Below, in pieces: positions 12,636 through 25,767 of a stretch of 58,587 bases of DNA (positions within the stretch are counted from its first letter, which is position 1; the number at the start of each line of letters is the position of its first letter). The position numbers and the translations under genes were made by a program. Location of the stretch: the NCBI RefSeq assembly GCF_004010195.1, contig NC_057719.1:71545017-71603603 (forward strand). Direction: 5' to 3'. Source of the DNA: Chiloscyllium plagiosum (lineage: Eukaryota). Below the pieces are notes generated by a model. The model made no database searches. It was not told where the DNA came from and saw only the letters and a list, made by a program, of their open reading frames with translations.

Positions 12636-13639
12636 AGGGTATTATTGATCAAATGGTGCCTGGGGTGAGAAAATTCAAATTCAATTATATGTAATGATTT
12701 GAGAAGCTGGAAATATTATTCATAGAACAGCGATGGCTAAGGAGATATTTAATAGCAAAGATCAAATAATTTGAAAAGTTTTGATAAAATTAATTGGGAA
12801 AAGCTGTTCCAACTAGCAACAGTCAGTTACCAGAGGGCAGGTTTAAGAGAATATAAGCTAAATTGTATTTTCTTGTGTCACTCTAGAACAAACGCATATT
12901 GCACATGCTCAGATGCAATCTCAGTGTCAAAGCTGACAGCATTAAACAAGTTACCTTGACAATGACTAACAATAAATTTCAAATTGCAATTTTTAGGTCT
13001 ATATAGTCCTTACCAATTGTAGGTTCCTGTACCTGGTCCAACTATCATTTATCAACTGTATCCTCTGTAAAACATGCAGCTGATGAAGAGAAATAATCAG
13101 AAAATTGCAATTAATGAGATTTTCAATTTCCAATGCAGAGAACTGACTGTAATACTTGATTCAAGAATACCTCTTGTTGAAAAATCATGACTAAAATACT
13201 TTATATAAAAAAATACCAAATGAGACTCAAAATGAAGCACCCTGCAATTAAGGTCCCATTATGTTCCAGTTGAGCTATTTGGGCTATGTAGGAACTCCCT
13301 GCACAAAGCCTTAATGCACTGTAACTAGCCTAAGGAGGGAGCATTTGCAAAATCTCATTGAGATTGCAGTTCCATCATCGATTCGGATCTGGAATAAAAT
13401 GTTGCCAGCAAATTATGATTTCCTGTGAGCTACAATGAAATGTGATAGTGTGATCCCATTACTGGCAACACACAGACGAGAAAGAATTTTGACATTCAAA
13501 TTCCGCTAGGAATTGCTTACTTTGCAGTACGAGACTGCCATTGCCTTTAATAGATCCAAACTGCTGCTCCAATGTTGGTTGAGTGTGTATACGCAACTAT
13601 TTCTGATGTCATTCCAAGAGACAGCAGGAGTTGCAGCTT

Positions 13640-14220
13640 TTAATTTATGCAATTAGTTATGATTTTGGTTGCTTTGCCTGAAAGAATGGTAGTTGCAGAT
13701 GCAGTAGCTGATTTTAGAAGTGACATACATTTAAATTCAACAGGGAGAAAAGTGCAAGCCTGTGGGGATAAAAGCAGGGAGTGGCATTAATTGGATCACC
13801 ATTTCTAAGAACCAGCACAAGCCTCCTTCTGTGCTCTATAATGAGGTCATAGAGAGAATAGACATGGATAGATGCAATTTATTATGATTTCCAAAAAGCC
13901 TTCAATAGGTGCCATAGAATAGACTAGTGAATAAGGTCAGTCAAAATTGGAGAATAAGCATCAGAATAGATATCTAGCTGGCTGCAAAACAGAAAGCAGA
14001 CAGCAGAGGTCAAAGCTGGTTGTTCTGAGTGGCAAAAGATAATGAATGAAAACCTACAGGAATCAGTGCATGATCATTGTTATTCACAATTTATATTAAT
14101 CTTTTAGACTTTGCAATGAAAAACACAACTTTAAGTAAGAGAACAACATTAAATTGCATGGAAGAGCTAACACTGAGAAAGGTTGGAGCAGATTTCACGA
14201 TGATGTTGAGAAGCTTGAAC
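13640..14220 (+). mobile_element. Old CR1 fragments (3' end plus RT piece)
   Basis: D.IYYDFQKAFNRCH.RL-like motif at about 13870-13930 and a CR1-like 3' UTR. Confidence 0.55.
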
Positions 14221-14827
14221 TAAGAAGCCTGCTCGGTTCTTTCAGAGGACAGTTAAGAGTCAACCACATTGCTCTGAGTCTGGAGTCACACATAGGTCAA
14301 ACAAAACAAGGACAGCTGATTTTGTTCCCTAAAGGACTTTTGTGAATCTGATGGGTTTTTACAACAATTGGCAATAGTTATTATTAATCTAGCTGTAATT
14401 CCAGATTTTATTGAATTAAAATTTCATCAATTGCCATGGTAGGATTCTCACAATTCTTTGAACCTGGAATTTTAGCTTGTGACTCTGAATTAGGAATCCA
14501 TTAGCATACTATCATCTTGAGGTCTACTTGACAATGTGGAAAGCTGTCCAGGAATGCTCTGTCCATAAAAAGCAAGGCAAATGCAATCTAGGGTGGCACG
14601 GTGGCTCAGTGATTAGCACTGCTGCCTCATAGCACCAGGGATCCGGATTCAATTCCCGCCTTGGGCGACTATCATTGTGGCACTTGCACATTCTCCCTGT
14701 ATCTGGGTGGGTTTTCTTCCACAATCCAAAGATGTGCATGATTCAGAGATGCCGGTGTTGGACTGGGGTGTACAAAGTTAAAAATCACACAACACCAGGT
14801 TATAGTCCAACAGGTTTAATTGGAAGC

Positions 14828-14863
14828 ACACTAGCTTTCGGAGCGACGCTCCTTCATCAGGTG
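14828..14863 (-). ncRNA. Minimal hammerhead ribozyme motif (family B), intact core
   Basis: Minus strand CAC-CUGAUGA-A-GGAGC-GUC-GCUCC-GAAA-GC-UA-GUG: conserved core, 5-bp stem II, palindromic AGCU at stem III, CAC/GUG stem I. Confidence 0.7.
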
Positions 14864-14998
14864 ATTGTGGAGGGCTCGATCGTTCGCTCCGAAAGCTAGT
14901 GTACTTCCAGACAATCAATTCTTCAATGTATAATTTCAGTTACATCACACTGCAATTTTTTGCTATAAATTCTGTGTTACGATCGAGCCCTCCACAAT

Positions 14999-15033
14999 CA
15001 CCTGATGAAGGAGCGTCGTTCCGAAAGCTAGTG
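14999..15033 (+). ncRNA. Minimal hammerhead ribozyme motif (family B), second copy
   Basis: CAC-CUGAUGA-A-GGAGC-GUC-GUUCC-GAAA-GC-UA-GUG; the one change makes a G-U wobble in stem II. Confidence 0.68.
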
Positions 15034-15394
15034 TGCTTCCAATTAAACCTGTTGGACTGTAACCTGGTGTTGTGTGATTTTTAACAAAGATGTGCAGGTT
15101 ACGTGAGTTGACCATGCTAAATTGCCCATAGTGTTCAGGGATGCATAGGTTAGGTGCATTAGTCAGGGGTAAATGTAGGGGAGTGGTGTGGGTAGGATAC
15201 TCTTTGGGGGGGGGGTGAACTTGTTGGGTCAAATGGCCTACTTCCGTACTGCAGAGATTCTAATTATTGCCCTATCAGTGTACTCTCGGTCATCAACAAA
15301 ATGATGAAAGGGGCCATTAACACTGTTACCAAATGGAAGTGTAAAGAAATTACCTGCTCACTGACACTCAGTTTAGGCTCAGCCAGAGCCACTC

Positions 15395-17850
15395 AAGAAT
15401 ATAAGAACTAGGAGCAGGAGTAGGCCCTCTGGCCCTTCGAGCCTGCTCTGTCATTCAATAAGATCATGGCTGATCTTTTTGTGGACTCAGATCCACTTAC
15501 CCCCCTCTCACTGTAACCCTTAATTCCTTCATTGTTCAAAAGAAAGTACCTTAACTTTAAAATATTTACTGAAGTAGCATCAATTATATAGATTAACAAC
15601 TTTCTGGGTGAAGAAGTTCCTTCTCAACTCAGTCCTAAACCTGCTTCCTCTAATGTTGAGGCTATGCCCTCTTGTCCGAGCTTCACCCGCCAGTGGAAAC
15701 ATCCTCTCTACATCTATCTTATCGATTCCCTTCATCATTTTATATGTTTCTATAAGATCCACCTCTCATTCTTCTAAATTCCAACGAATATAATCCCAGT
15801 CTATTCAGCCTCTCCTCATAAGGCAACCCCGTCAACTTCGGAATCAACTTAGTGAACCTCATCTGCACCCCCTCCGGCGCCAGTACACCCATTCTCAAGT
15901 AAGGAGACCAAAACCGTACAGAGTCCTCTATGTGTGGCCTCACCAGCACCTTGTACAGCTGCAACATAACCTTTAGCAATGAAGGACAAAATTCCATTTG
16001 CCTTCCTAATTATTTATTGTACCTTCAGATCAACCTTCTGTGATTCACACACAAGGACACCCAGGTTCTCTCTCCAAAGCAGCATGCTGCAACTTTTTAC
16101 CATTCATGTAATAATCCTTTTTACTCTTATTCCTACCAAAATGGAGAACTTCTTATTTATTAACATTGTATTCCATCTGCCAGACTTTTGCCCAGTCACT
16201 CAATGTATCTATTTCCTTCTGCAAAGTTTCAGTCATAGACCTCTGCACACTTTGCTCTGCCACTCATCTTAGTGTCATCTGCAAACTTTGACACCCTACA
16301 CATGGTCCCCAACTCCAAATCATCTCTATAAATTGTAAATAATTGCGGTCTCAACACCGATCCCTGAGGCACACAACTAGTCAGTGCCAGCTAGCACTCA
16401 TTTATCCCCACTCTTTGCTTCCTGTTAGTTAACCAATCCTCAACCATGCTAATACTTTACCATAATGCCCTGCATCTTAATGTTATGCTGCAGCCTCTTG
16501 TGTGGCAACTTGTCAAAAGCCTTTTGGAAATCTAAGTACACCACATCCACTGGGTCCCCATTGTCCACCTTGCTTGTAATGTATTCAATGAATTCCAAAA
16601 GATTTGTTAAGCATGACTTGCCCTTCATGAACCCATGCTGCGTCTGCCAAATGGGACAAATTCTATTTATTGCCCTGCTATTTCTTCCTTGATAATAGAC
16701 TCGAGCATCTTCCCCACTACAGAGGTTAAGCTAACCAGTCTATAATTCCCCATCTTTGTTTACCTCCCTTTTTAAACAGTGGCATCACATTTGCTGTTTT
16801 CCAATCTGCTGGGACTGTCCCAGAGTCCAGTGATTTTTGAAAAATTACCACCAGTGCACTTGCTATTTCGTCCGCTATCTCTTTTAGCACCCTGGGATGC
16901 ATTCCATCAGGGCCAGGAGAATCATCTTTCCTTAGCTCCAATAGCTGGCCCAACACTATCTCTTCCATAATAATGATTGTTTCCAGGTCCTCACCTACCT
17001 TTGAATCTTTGGCATGTTATTCATGGCATGTTATTTGTGTGCTCCACTGTGAAGACTGATACAAAATGCCAGTTCAATGCCTTGGCCATTCCATCATATC
17101 TCATTACTTTATGCCCCTTCTCATCCTCTAAAGGACCAACGTTTACTTTAGCCACTCATTTTCATTTTGTATATTTATAGAAACTTTTGCTATGTCTTTA
17201 TGTTCTATGCTAGTTTTTTCTCATGTTTTGTCTTATGTTTCTTTATAGCTCTTTTTGTGGCTTTCTGTTGACCTTTTGAAGTTTTCCCAGTTTTCTAGTT
17301 TGATGCTGTTTTTGGCCACTTTGAATGCCTTCTCTTTCAATTTAATAGCCTGCCTTATTTCCTTAGACATCCATGAGAGATGACCCCTTTTCTTACAGTC
17401 CTTCCTTTTCACTGGAATATACTTTTGCTGAGCACTTTGAAAAATTGCTTTGAAAGTCCTCTACTGCTCGTCAACTGTCCCACCATAAAATCTTTGTTTC
17501 CATTTTACTTTAGCTAAGTCATCCCTCATTCTATTGTAGTCTCCCTTGTTTAAGCACAGGATTCTGGTATTGGATCTTATCTTCACATTCTCCATTTGTG
17601 TCCTAAATTCAACCATATTGTGATTGCCTCCTTCCAAGAAAATTCCTAACTATGAGGTAATTAATTATTCCTGCTCATTACACAGGACCAGAATTAGGAT
17701 AGCTTGCTCCCTCATCGCTTCCATTACATACTGTTCGAGAAAACCATCATGGATACACTCTACAACCTCCTGCTCAAAACTACCCTGACCGAGCTGGTTC
17801 GACCAATCGACATGTGGATTAAAATCCTCCCTGATAATTACCGTAGTAGT
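15395..17850 (-). mobile_element. CR1 LINE ORF2 (end of endonuclease, RT, 3' UTR), frameshifted
   Basis: SPGPDGMHPRVLKE, WKTANVMPLFKKG, YLDFQKAFDK, KFADDTK, LYKVLVRPH, DLIETYK...RRNFFTQKVVNL, then a CR1 3' UTR. Confidence 0.92.
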
Positions 17851-18368
17851 TTTTTAAACTCCTAACTTAATTACAGCCTTGGTCCAAACATGGAAAAAAG
17901 ACCAAAACTCCAGAGATAAAGCGAGAGTGATTGTCCTTAAAGTAAATATGTGACCATGTTTTAGATCAAGGTTTCCTAATAAAACTGGAGGCAATAGGGA
18001 ATCTGAGCAAAACTTTCTTGTGGTTTGAGTCATTCTGAGCACAAAGAAAAATGGTTACAATTATGGGAGGTCAGTCCTTTCGGTCCAAGGGCATCACTGT
18101 AAACAGTCCTTCGGGTAATGTTCTAGACCCAACCATCTTCATCAAGACTCTGATATCATAAGGCAAGAATTGGGGATATTTGCTAATGATGTCATGACAT
18201 TCAGTACCATTCATGACTCCTCAGATACTGAAGCAGTCCATGTCCAAATGCAGCAAGATTGGATAAAATCTAGGCTTAGGCTGATAAGTGACAAATAACA
18301 TTTAAACCACACAAGCAGTAGACAATGATGAGCACTAACAATAGGGAATCTAACCATTGCCTCTTGAC

Positions 18369-19750
18369 ATAGAACATAGAACATAGAACATAGAACAATA
18401 CAGCACAGAACAAGCCCTTCGGCCCACGATGTTGTGCCGAACTTCTAACCTAGATTAAGTATCCATCCATGTACCTATCCAAATGCCGCTTAAAGGTCGC
18501 CAATGATTCCGACTCTACCACTCCCACGGGCAGCGCATTCCATGCCCCCACCACTCTCTGGGTAAAGAACCCACCCCTGACATCTCCCCTATACCTTCCA
18601 CCCTTCACCTTAAATTTATGTCCCCTTGTAACACTCTGTTGTACCCGGGGAAAAAGTTTCTGACTGTCTACTCTATCTAGTCCTCTGATCATCTTATACA
18701 CCTCTANNNNNNNNNNNNNNNNNNNNNNNNNNNNNNNNNNNNNNNNNNNNNNNNNNNNNNNNNNNNNNNNNNNNNNNNNNNNNNNNNNNNNNNNNNNNNN
18801 NNNNNNNNNNNNNNNNNNNNNNNNNNNNNNNNNNNNNNNNNNNNNNNNNNNNNNNNNNNNNNNNNNNNNNNNNNNNNNNNNNNNNNNNNNNNNNNNNNNN
18901 NNNNNNNNNNNNNNNNNNNNNNNNNNNNNNNNNNNNNNNNNNNNNNNNNNNNNNNNNNNNNNNNNNNNNNNNNNNNNNNNNNNNNNNNNNNNNNNNNNNN
19001 NNNNNNNNNNNNNNNNNNNNNNNNNNNNNNNNNNNNNNNNNNNNNNNNNNNNNNNNNNNNNNNNNNNNNNNNNNNNNNNNNNNNNNNNNNNNNNNNNNNN
19101 NNNNNNNNNNNNNNNNNNNNNNNNNNNNNNNNNNNNNNNNNNNNNNNNNNNNNNNNNNNNNNNNNNNNNNNNNNNNNNNNNNNNNNNNNNNNNNNNNNNN
19201 NNNNNNNNNNNNNNNNNNNNNNNNNNNNNNNNNNNNNNNNNNTTGTCAAATGCCTTACTAAAATCCATGTATACTACATCCACTGCTCTACCCTCATCCA
19301 CATGCTTGGTCACCTCGTCGAAGAATTCAATAAGACTTGTAAGGCAAGACCTACCCTTCACAAATCTGTGCTGGCTGTCCCTAATCAAGCAGTGTCTTTC
19401 CAGATACTCATAAATCCTATCCCTCAGTACCCTTTCCATTACTTTGCCTACCACAGAAGTAAGACTAACAGGCCTGTAATTCCCGGGGTTATCCCTATTC
19501 CCTTTTTTGAACAGGGGCACAACATTCGCTACTCTCCAGTCCCCTGGTACCACCCCCGTTGCCAGTGAAGACGAGAAGATCATTGCCAACGGTACTGCAA
19601 TTTCCTCTCTTGCTTCCCACATAATCCTAGGATATATCCCGTCAGGCCCGGGGGACTTGTCTATCCTCAAATTGTTCAAAATGTCCAACACATCTTCCTT
19701 CCTAACAGGTATCTCTTCTAGCTTACCAGTCCATTTCACACTCTCTATGA
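18369..19750 (-). mobile_element. Young CR1 LINE, 5'-truncated, spanning an assembly gap
   Basis: Open frame with no stops: DKSPGPDGIYPR...NYRPVSLTSVVGK...YMDFSKAFD [gap] EVYKMIRGLDRVD...WNALP; (ttctatg)n tail at 18369-18400. Confidence 0.92.
18707..19242. other. Assembly gap (536 N)
   Basis: N run in the sequence. Confidence 1.
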
Positions 19751-20390
19751 CAGTACATTCAATGAATCATCCACTTTCAATACCTTAATGGTTACCTTTG
19801 TCCAGAACCTGAATAGATAAGAAACTTACTCCAAGTCATTGGCTACAGGAGTAGGTCAGAGGCTAAGAATTTTACAGCAAGTAACTCATCTCCTGTCTTC
19901 CCAATACCTGGCTACCATCTGCAACACACAAGTCAAGACTGTGATTCAATGCTCCCCGCTTGCCTGAATGAGTGCAGCTCAAATACCACTTAAGAACTTC
20001 AATACCATCCAGGACAAAGCAGCCCATTTAATTGGCAACCTGTCCACCAGTATCAAAATTCACTCCCTTCAGCACTGATGCACAGTGCATACTTTTACAA
20101 GGAGCACCGCAGTAACTCACCAAGTCTTGTCCAATCACACATTCCAAATCTATGACCATGACCATCCGGAAAGACAAGAATAGCAGATACATGGGAACAC
20201 TATCACTGGCAAGTTTTCCTCCACCATCCAGAGCCACTCATCAACCCAATTTGGAAGTGTATTCTGGCACTTTCACCATCACTGAGTCAAAGTCCTGGTA
20301 CTCCCTTCCAGCATTAAGCGTGTTCCTTCACTATATGAGCTGCAGCAGTTTAAGAGGGCAGCTCACCACTACGCTTCTTCACAGCAATTA

Positions 20391-20535
20391 CTCTATGTGC
20401 TGACTGTAGACCCACAACGCTGTTCAGGAAGGACTGGACTTTGACTCAGCGACAGTGAAGGATTGGCAACATATCTAAAATCAGGATGGTGAGTGGCTTG
20501 GAGCAGAACTTGCAGGTGATGTTCCCATGTATCTA
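20391..20535 (-). mobile_element. Inverted 3' fragment of the same LINE family as 19755-20390
   Basis: Diverged reverse complement of about 20185-20325 (agatacatgggaaca...actgagtcaaagtcc). Confidence 0.6.
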
Positions 20536-22951
20536 TTAGATTGTAACAGTCTCACCATAATCACTTGAGTTAATAAAACTCTGACAACCTTGAATAGAAA
20601 TGTTAACTGTGAACAAAAACTGTCTTTCCCTCATGTTGCAAGCTGGACAGTGACCAAGACGTTTAACTCCATTGCTAGGGTCAAAATGAATTAGTTCTTT
20701 GGATATATAACTCAAAGTAATTTAAAGAATTAATATTTGTACAGCTATATAGTATCCGTACGTCAGAGCAAGGTTTACTCTCAATCTCCTTTGTGCTTCT
20801 AAAAACCTATCACATACTTAATTTTCAATTCTTTCTAACTTTCCTTCAAAACAATATAACACAGCTCCTTCAGTAACAGCTTGTGTCAGCAAATTCTGAA
20901 TTGTAAGATTTTTTTTTCTAATTCCCCTCTAATTTTCCTTATGGTTATCAAAATTTTGACACGGAAATAGACACCAGTGCCCCCGCATCAAATCAATGCT
21001 CTGTGCTCAGCTCTTCTTGTGACTGTCATACCAACCGGCCAAAGTGAAATTGGCCAATTTTCTCAGAAAGGAGACAGATCTAATACAGTGTTCATTTGTC
21101 GGAGCAAATGAGATTTGAAATAATCTAAACCATGCTGAAAGGAAACTTGAAGCTTGGGGGCTAAAATGATCTCAAATCTCCAAAATGTGTTCCCTAGTTA
21201 TTACAATAGGTGTCATCTTTAATGTGGCATGATAAATAACCCATTGTTACAGTCGCTACTTGCTAGCCTGATAACCAACAACTACTAAAAAATGTACAAT
21301 TACAATTACAACCACAAATCATGTTTATACATGGTAGGTTTTGGTTGCAATGCTTTGCTATATATGGCACATTTGTGTATAGTGTCTTGTTTCCTTAGTT
21401 CCAGTCTTTGTTTCAAGTTCTGGCTTTACTCCAGCTTCTGAGTACAAACTATTCCATGCATGTGAACAAATAGTTCCTCACCTGTCCTGTACAATGTGGT
21501 TTGCAAATGATTTCAATGACAGACTTTACAATCTAATGACAAATAATTGTCTGAGTGATATTTAAGTTTGATAGTCACAGCAATTAATTTTAGATTCACT
21601 GTTGCTTTTAACTTTGCATTTTTCAAATTAATCCGTTTTTCTGAGCACTGTAACTTAATTTTAAAGCCACACTTGCTTTCTGCATTTTGTTTAATTAACA
21701 ACTGATCACATGTCAAAACATTAGCAAACTAACCACCTGGAATTTCCATTGGGATTTTCCTGATTCACGACAGAAAACTAGCTGAACTCTCAGAGAAACA
21801 GCCAAAATTGGTAGTTTTTACCATTCATCCAGGGTTTCAACAAATATTCTACCAAAGGCGATGCTGCAGGTTGTACAAGCCAATAGATATTTACTTCGAG
21901 ACACTTTAAAAGAAATAAAAGTTAGACACAAGATTGTGATTTCTAACAATAGTCAACTTCATTTTCTTTTTTCCCATGAGACGCAGTTCCCTAAAAGACC
22001 AGATCCATTCCTAATATAGAAGAATAAATCATTGTGAGACAAGCCTAAGTGAGGAATATTTTATCCAGTTGATGCTAGTGCTCACAGTGAAACAGACAAA
22101 CAGGACTGTGCTTGGAAAAGTTTATAGTATAGGAGAATGTAATTTGAGCATACCCTGGTGGACATTGTTTAAAATAATCAGGGCTTGATTATTTAGAGTT
22201 GTCAGTTCACTGTTGTACATATTTTCACACACAAAAACAAACACATGAATTATGAAGGGAGCAGGCCATTCCGCCCCTCAAGCCTGTTCCAGCAGTTGAT
22301 GAGATCGTGACTGATTTGATTGTGACTTTATCTCAACTTTATAGCCTACTCCTCGACACCCTTTTACTCTCTTGTTTGTCAAGAATATATCTAGCTCTGC
22401 CATGCTAAAGTTTGATGGAAGGGAAAACGGAAAGGTTTTTCTCCCTGACAAAGGAGGCTGGCGGAAATCTTGGACTGTGGGAGAAAAACTGGCACGTGTG
22501 AAGTAACTTTAATTTGGTGACTCAAACTTTATTTTTTGGAAGCTTTTCACTATCAGTGCTTTCGCCCTTGCTTTCGCAGCTGGCTACTCAAAGTCCCATC
22601 CAACTTCCTCTCCTTCCTGCGTACTTTCCCCTTTTGTAGGGCTGCAGGTGTTTCCTTCCCTTTGAGGTCATCTCCTTCAGATTCCAGTCACAGCAAACAA
22701 TTCCCAATTATGATGTGATAGAGCACACAGCATCTGACAACAATCCTGGAGACTCAAGCTGGCTTCTATTGCTTTCTCTAGACCTTTAAACTTATACACA
22801 TGAATGCCTACAGCACATACTGTAACACTTCACTGGTTGCATGGGCCCTATTAGATTTGTCCTTCTATTTGTCTGTGGAGGTCTCAATGAAATTTTCAGC
22901 TGAGTGTAGGGGGCAGTCCTGACCACTAACTCATCAGTCTGATTCCAGCCT

Positions 22952-23563
22952 CAAGGAGAAAACATCCAAATACCTCAGTTACTGTGTCTGTTGCTCTCAA
23001 TGTGGTCTCCCCTACATGAGGGAGACAAGATGTCAACTCACGGAATGTTTCAGGAAACACCCCTGGGACACACCGCCCTGTGGCCAACCACTTCAACTCC
23101 TCCTCCCACTCTGCAACGACATGCAAGTTCTGGGCATCCTCTGCTCCCAAATCCAAGACATCCGATGCCAGGAGGAAGAACATCTCATCTTCCACCTTGG
23201 GACCCTCCACCCACATGGCATCAATGTCGATTTCACCAGTTTCCTCATCTCCCCTCCTCCCCCATGCCAGATCCACCCCCCAACTCGTCACCGCCCTCTT
23301 GAACTATCCTACCTGTCCATCTTCCTTCCAACCTATCTGCTCCACTCTCCCCTCTGACCTATTACCATCACCCCCACCTCCATTTACCTATCACTTTCCC
23401 AACTACCTCACCACCACCACCACCCTCGCCCTCTTCTCTACCTCTCAGCCCCTGCTCCCCCTCCCCATACCCCAATGAAGGCTTATGCCCAAAACATGGA
23501 CTCTCCTGCTCCTCAGATGCTGCCTGACCTCCTGTGCTTTTCCAGCACCACACTCTTTGACAT
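22952..23563 (+). mobile_element. Penelope-like element 3' part: GIY-YIG endonuclease remnant, pyrimidine-rich UTR, terminal repeat
   Basis: YCVCCSQCGLPYMRETRCQLTECFRKH...PVANHFNSSSH...EEEHLIFHLGTLHPHGINVDF; decayed hammerhead at about 23472-23500; 12-bp TSD tgattccagcct at 22940-22951 and 23564-23575. Confidence 0.88.
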
Positions 23564-25249
23564 TGATTCCAGCCTTGATTCAGCTGGAAGATCCCAAGTG
23601 ATGAAAGATTTTGGGCAATTCCTTGGTTAGATTAGGTGATCAGTGTCCCACATTAACTGGACTTTGTTGGAATAAAACTCCTTTCTTTGCATAAAGTACA
23701 AATTGCTGAAGTTCCATCAGTTACTCTCTGTGCCTGCCATGTCAGTTACAGAACTGGATAGCTTTCCCTCTCTCTTTTTCTATCAGAAAACGAAAGTCAT
23801 AAACATGGCTATCTTTTCACTACAGGTTTGCCCCTCCTTCTTAATCGTGGACTTCTGAATTTCCACCTACTCTCCCGCCTCTCCTCCGTCTCTCTACTCC
23901 CCTGCAAATCACCTTGTTGGAGACAGTGACGGAGAATTAAAATAAGATCCTAAAGTAGATAGCTCCTGCACCTTACACACATGGATTAGATTGTTCACCA
24001 TTTGCTTGAATGCCTGCATCACGAATCCCATTTATCACTGCCTCTCCTGAATTACAGTCAGCCATGAAGGTTCCTTAAACTAGTTCCCTGGTATGTTCTC
24101 ATTTCCCTTTGAGAATCCTTAGCTTGAATTAATGAAAATGAGATTCGCCAAAAATAGAACAATGAACGCTAGAATCAATTATCACTGGCCCTCACTTGAA
24201 AGCAAACATAATCCACAAATAATCAAATAGTAAGCTATCTTGGTGTCCACAGTCATTAATAGCAACTTAAGGAGGAGATGGATAGATCTTTATACAGTAA
24301 CAGGCTGAAGAGTCATGAGGAGCAGGCAGGAAAGTAGAGTTAAGGCCAAGATGTGACCAGCCATAATACAGCAGGTTCACAGGGCTGAATTGTCTATTCC
24401 TAGTCTTTCTTATGTTCAAAGCTCTCTGTAAATGGTGATCTTCTCTTCAGTGATTCATTAATTATTAAATGCCGAACACTTCATTCCTGGAGCTATGACT
24501 CTGATAGGAATGGGGCAATCTGGAGTCTGAATGACAAACAGACTTACAATCTGATGTTAGGGTTTTATGTGGCATTACCAATTGTTTCCTGTGGGGAACC
24601 TGTTGCTGGATAAGTTATGGAACTGAAGGCATTAAGCCAAGTGTCTTCTAACCTAATTTGATCTTGTCCTCAGGTGGGTCAACATATGGTTACTTGAACC
24701 TCAAGTCAATAATGTTAGGCAACAAATGCTACTTTTGGTGAATCAAGGTGAAATTTTGCCTCCCAACAATTTTTAATCAGGTCTATGATTTAATTTTTAC
24801 TTAATTACGAGGATCTCCTTCAAAGGTAAGGTGTGCCGGGTCATACGGCTTGATTTCATCTTCAGCTTTTTAGCAGCACCAACTTGGGAAGGTCATCTAT
24901 TTCTGAGCACTTTCTCACAAAGTTGAGTTGTTAAAAAGATAGCATGTTGGTGATAAATGAATCATTTAGAAGGTGGTTTGAAGTTACAATGAAATCATAG
25001 AATCATCCAGCCCGGAAGAAAATAATTTGGCCTATTGTGTCTGTACAACTCTTTGAAAGACAATCTGGCTAGTCTTGCACTCTCATTTTCTTCTTCAAAA
25101 GCCTCAGATTAAACTCATGATTCATTTTGTTGATTTTAACCTATAAAATGTTACTTTTACTTTCACAGTGATGTGGATCACTGATAACATGAGGTCACAG
25201 ATTTAGGATAATGGGTAGTAGATTTAAACAGAGATGTTATAGAACAGTG

Positions 25250-25415
25250 GATACTGGGACTTTGAGTAAATTTAAGGTGGAGTAACGGTTGAAGGGTTAT
25301 GGAGAGTGGGCAGAAAAGTGGAGTTGAGGCCAAGATGAGATCAGCCATGATCGTATTGAATGGCAGAGTAGGCTCAAGGGGCTGAATTGCCTACTCGTGC
25401 TCCTAGTTCTTATGG
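25250..25415 (+). mobile_element. CR1 3' UTR fragment (similar pieces at about 22240-22400, 24260-24415, 26530-26870, 32230-32480, 37630-37840, 50735-50880)
   Basis: atcagccatgatcgtattgaatggcagagtaggctcaaggggctgaattgcctactcgtgctcctagttcttatg matches the 3' UTR of the CR1 at 15395. Confidence 0.75.
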
Positions 25416-25416
25416 T

Positions 25417-25767
25417 CATAGAATCATAGAACCCCTAGAAACAGGCCATTTGGCCCAGCAAATTCAGACCAACCCTCCGAAGAGTAACTCACTCAGACCC
25501 ATTCCCCTACCCTACTACTTAACATTTCCCCCAAATAATGCACTAACCTACACATCCCAGAACACTAGGGACAATTTAGCATGGCCAATCAATCTGACCT
25601 GCACATCTTTGGACTGTGGGAAGAAACTGAAACACCCAGAGGAAATCCACGCAGACACAAGGAGAATGTGCAAACTCCACACAGACAGTGGACCAGGGTG
25701 AAATCGAACCCGGGTCCCTGGCATTGTGAGGTAGCAATGCTAACCACTGGGTCACTGTGACACCTGG
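25417..25767 (-). mobile_element. HE1-type SINE
   Basis: Reverse complement of the 44269-44588 element, with a (attctatg) tail. Confidence 0.88.

Larger units (their letters stand above)
14739..15084. mobile_element. Penelope-like (family B) insertion with 107-bp inverted terminal repeats
   Basis: Arms 14777-14883 and 14979-15085 (2 mismatches); 12-bp TSD caaagatgtgca at 14727-14738 and 15085-15096. Confidence 0.85.
14591..15262 (+). mobile_element. HE1-type (V-SINE) SINE, interrupted by a Penelope-like insertion
   Basis: gggtggcacggtggctcagtgattagcactgctgcctca tRNA head, V-domain-like core and tail shared with CR1/HER1; co-linear with 44269-44588 once 14739-15084 is removed. Confidence 0.9.
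17851..20390 (+). mobile_element. Decayed LINE (same family as 11860-12635) split by a younger CR1 at 18369-19750
   Basis: RT remnants (FANDV.. at about 18180) resume after the CR1 as acattcaatgaatc...ggtcagaggctaagaat...ccatccaggacaaagcagccc. Confidence 0.7.

Noticed and set aside
18450..19739. 429-aa ORF as a host gene
   Set aside because: CR1 reverse transcriptase read through an N gap.
24674..24825. Plus-strand AG...GTAAG exon-like segment
   Set aside because: No recognisable protein, contains stop codons, and is antisense to PRKD1.
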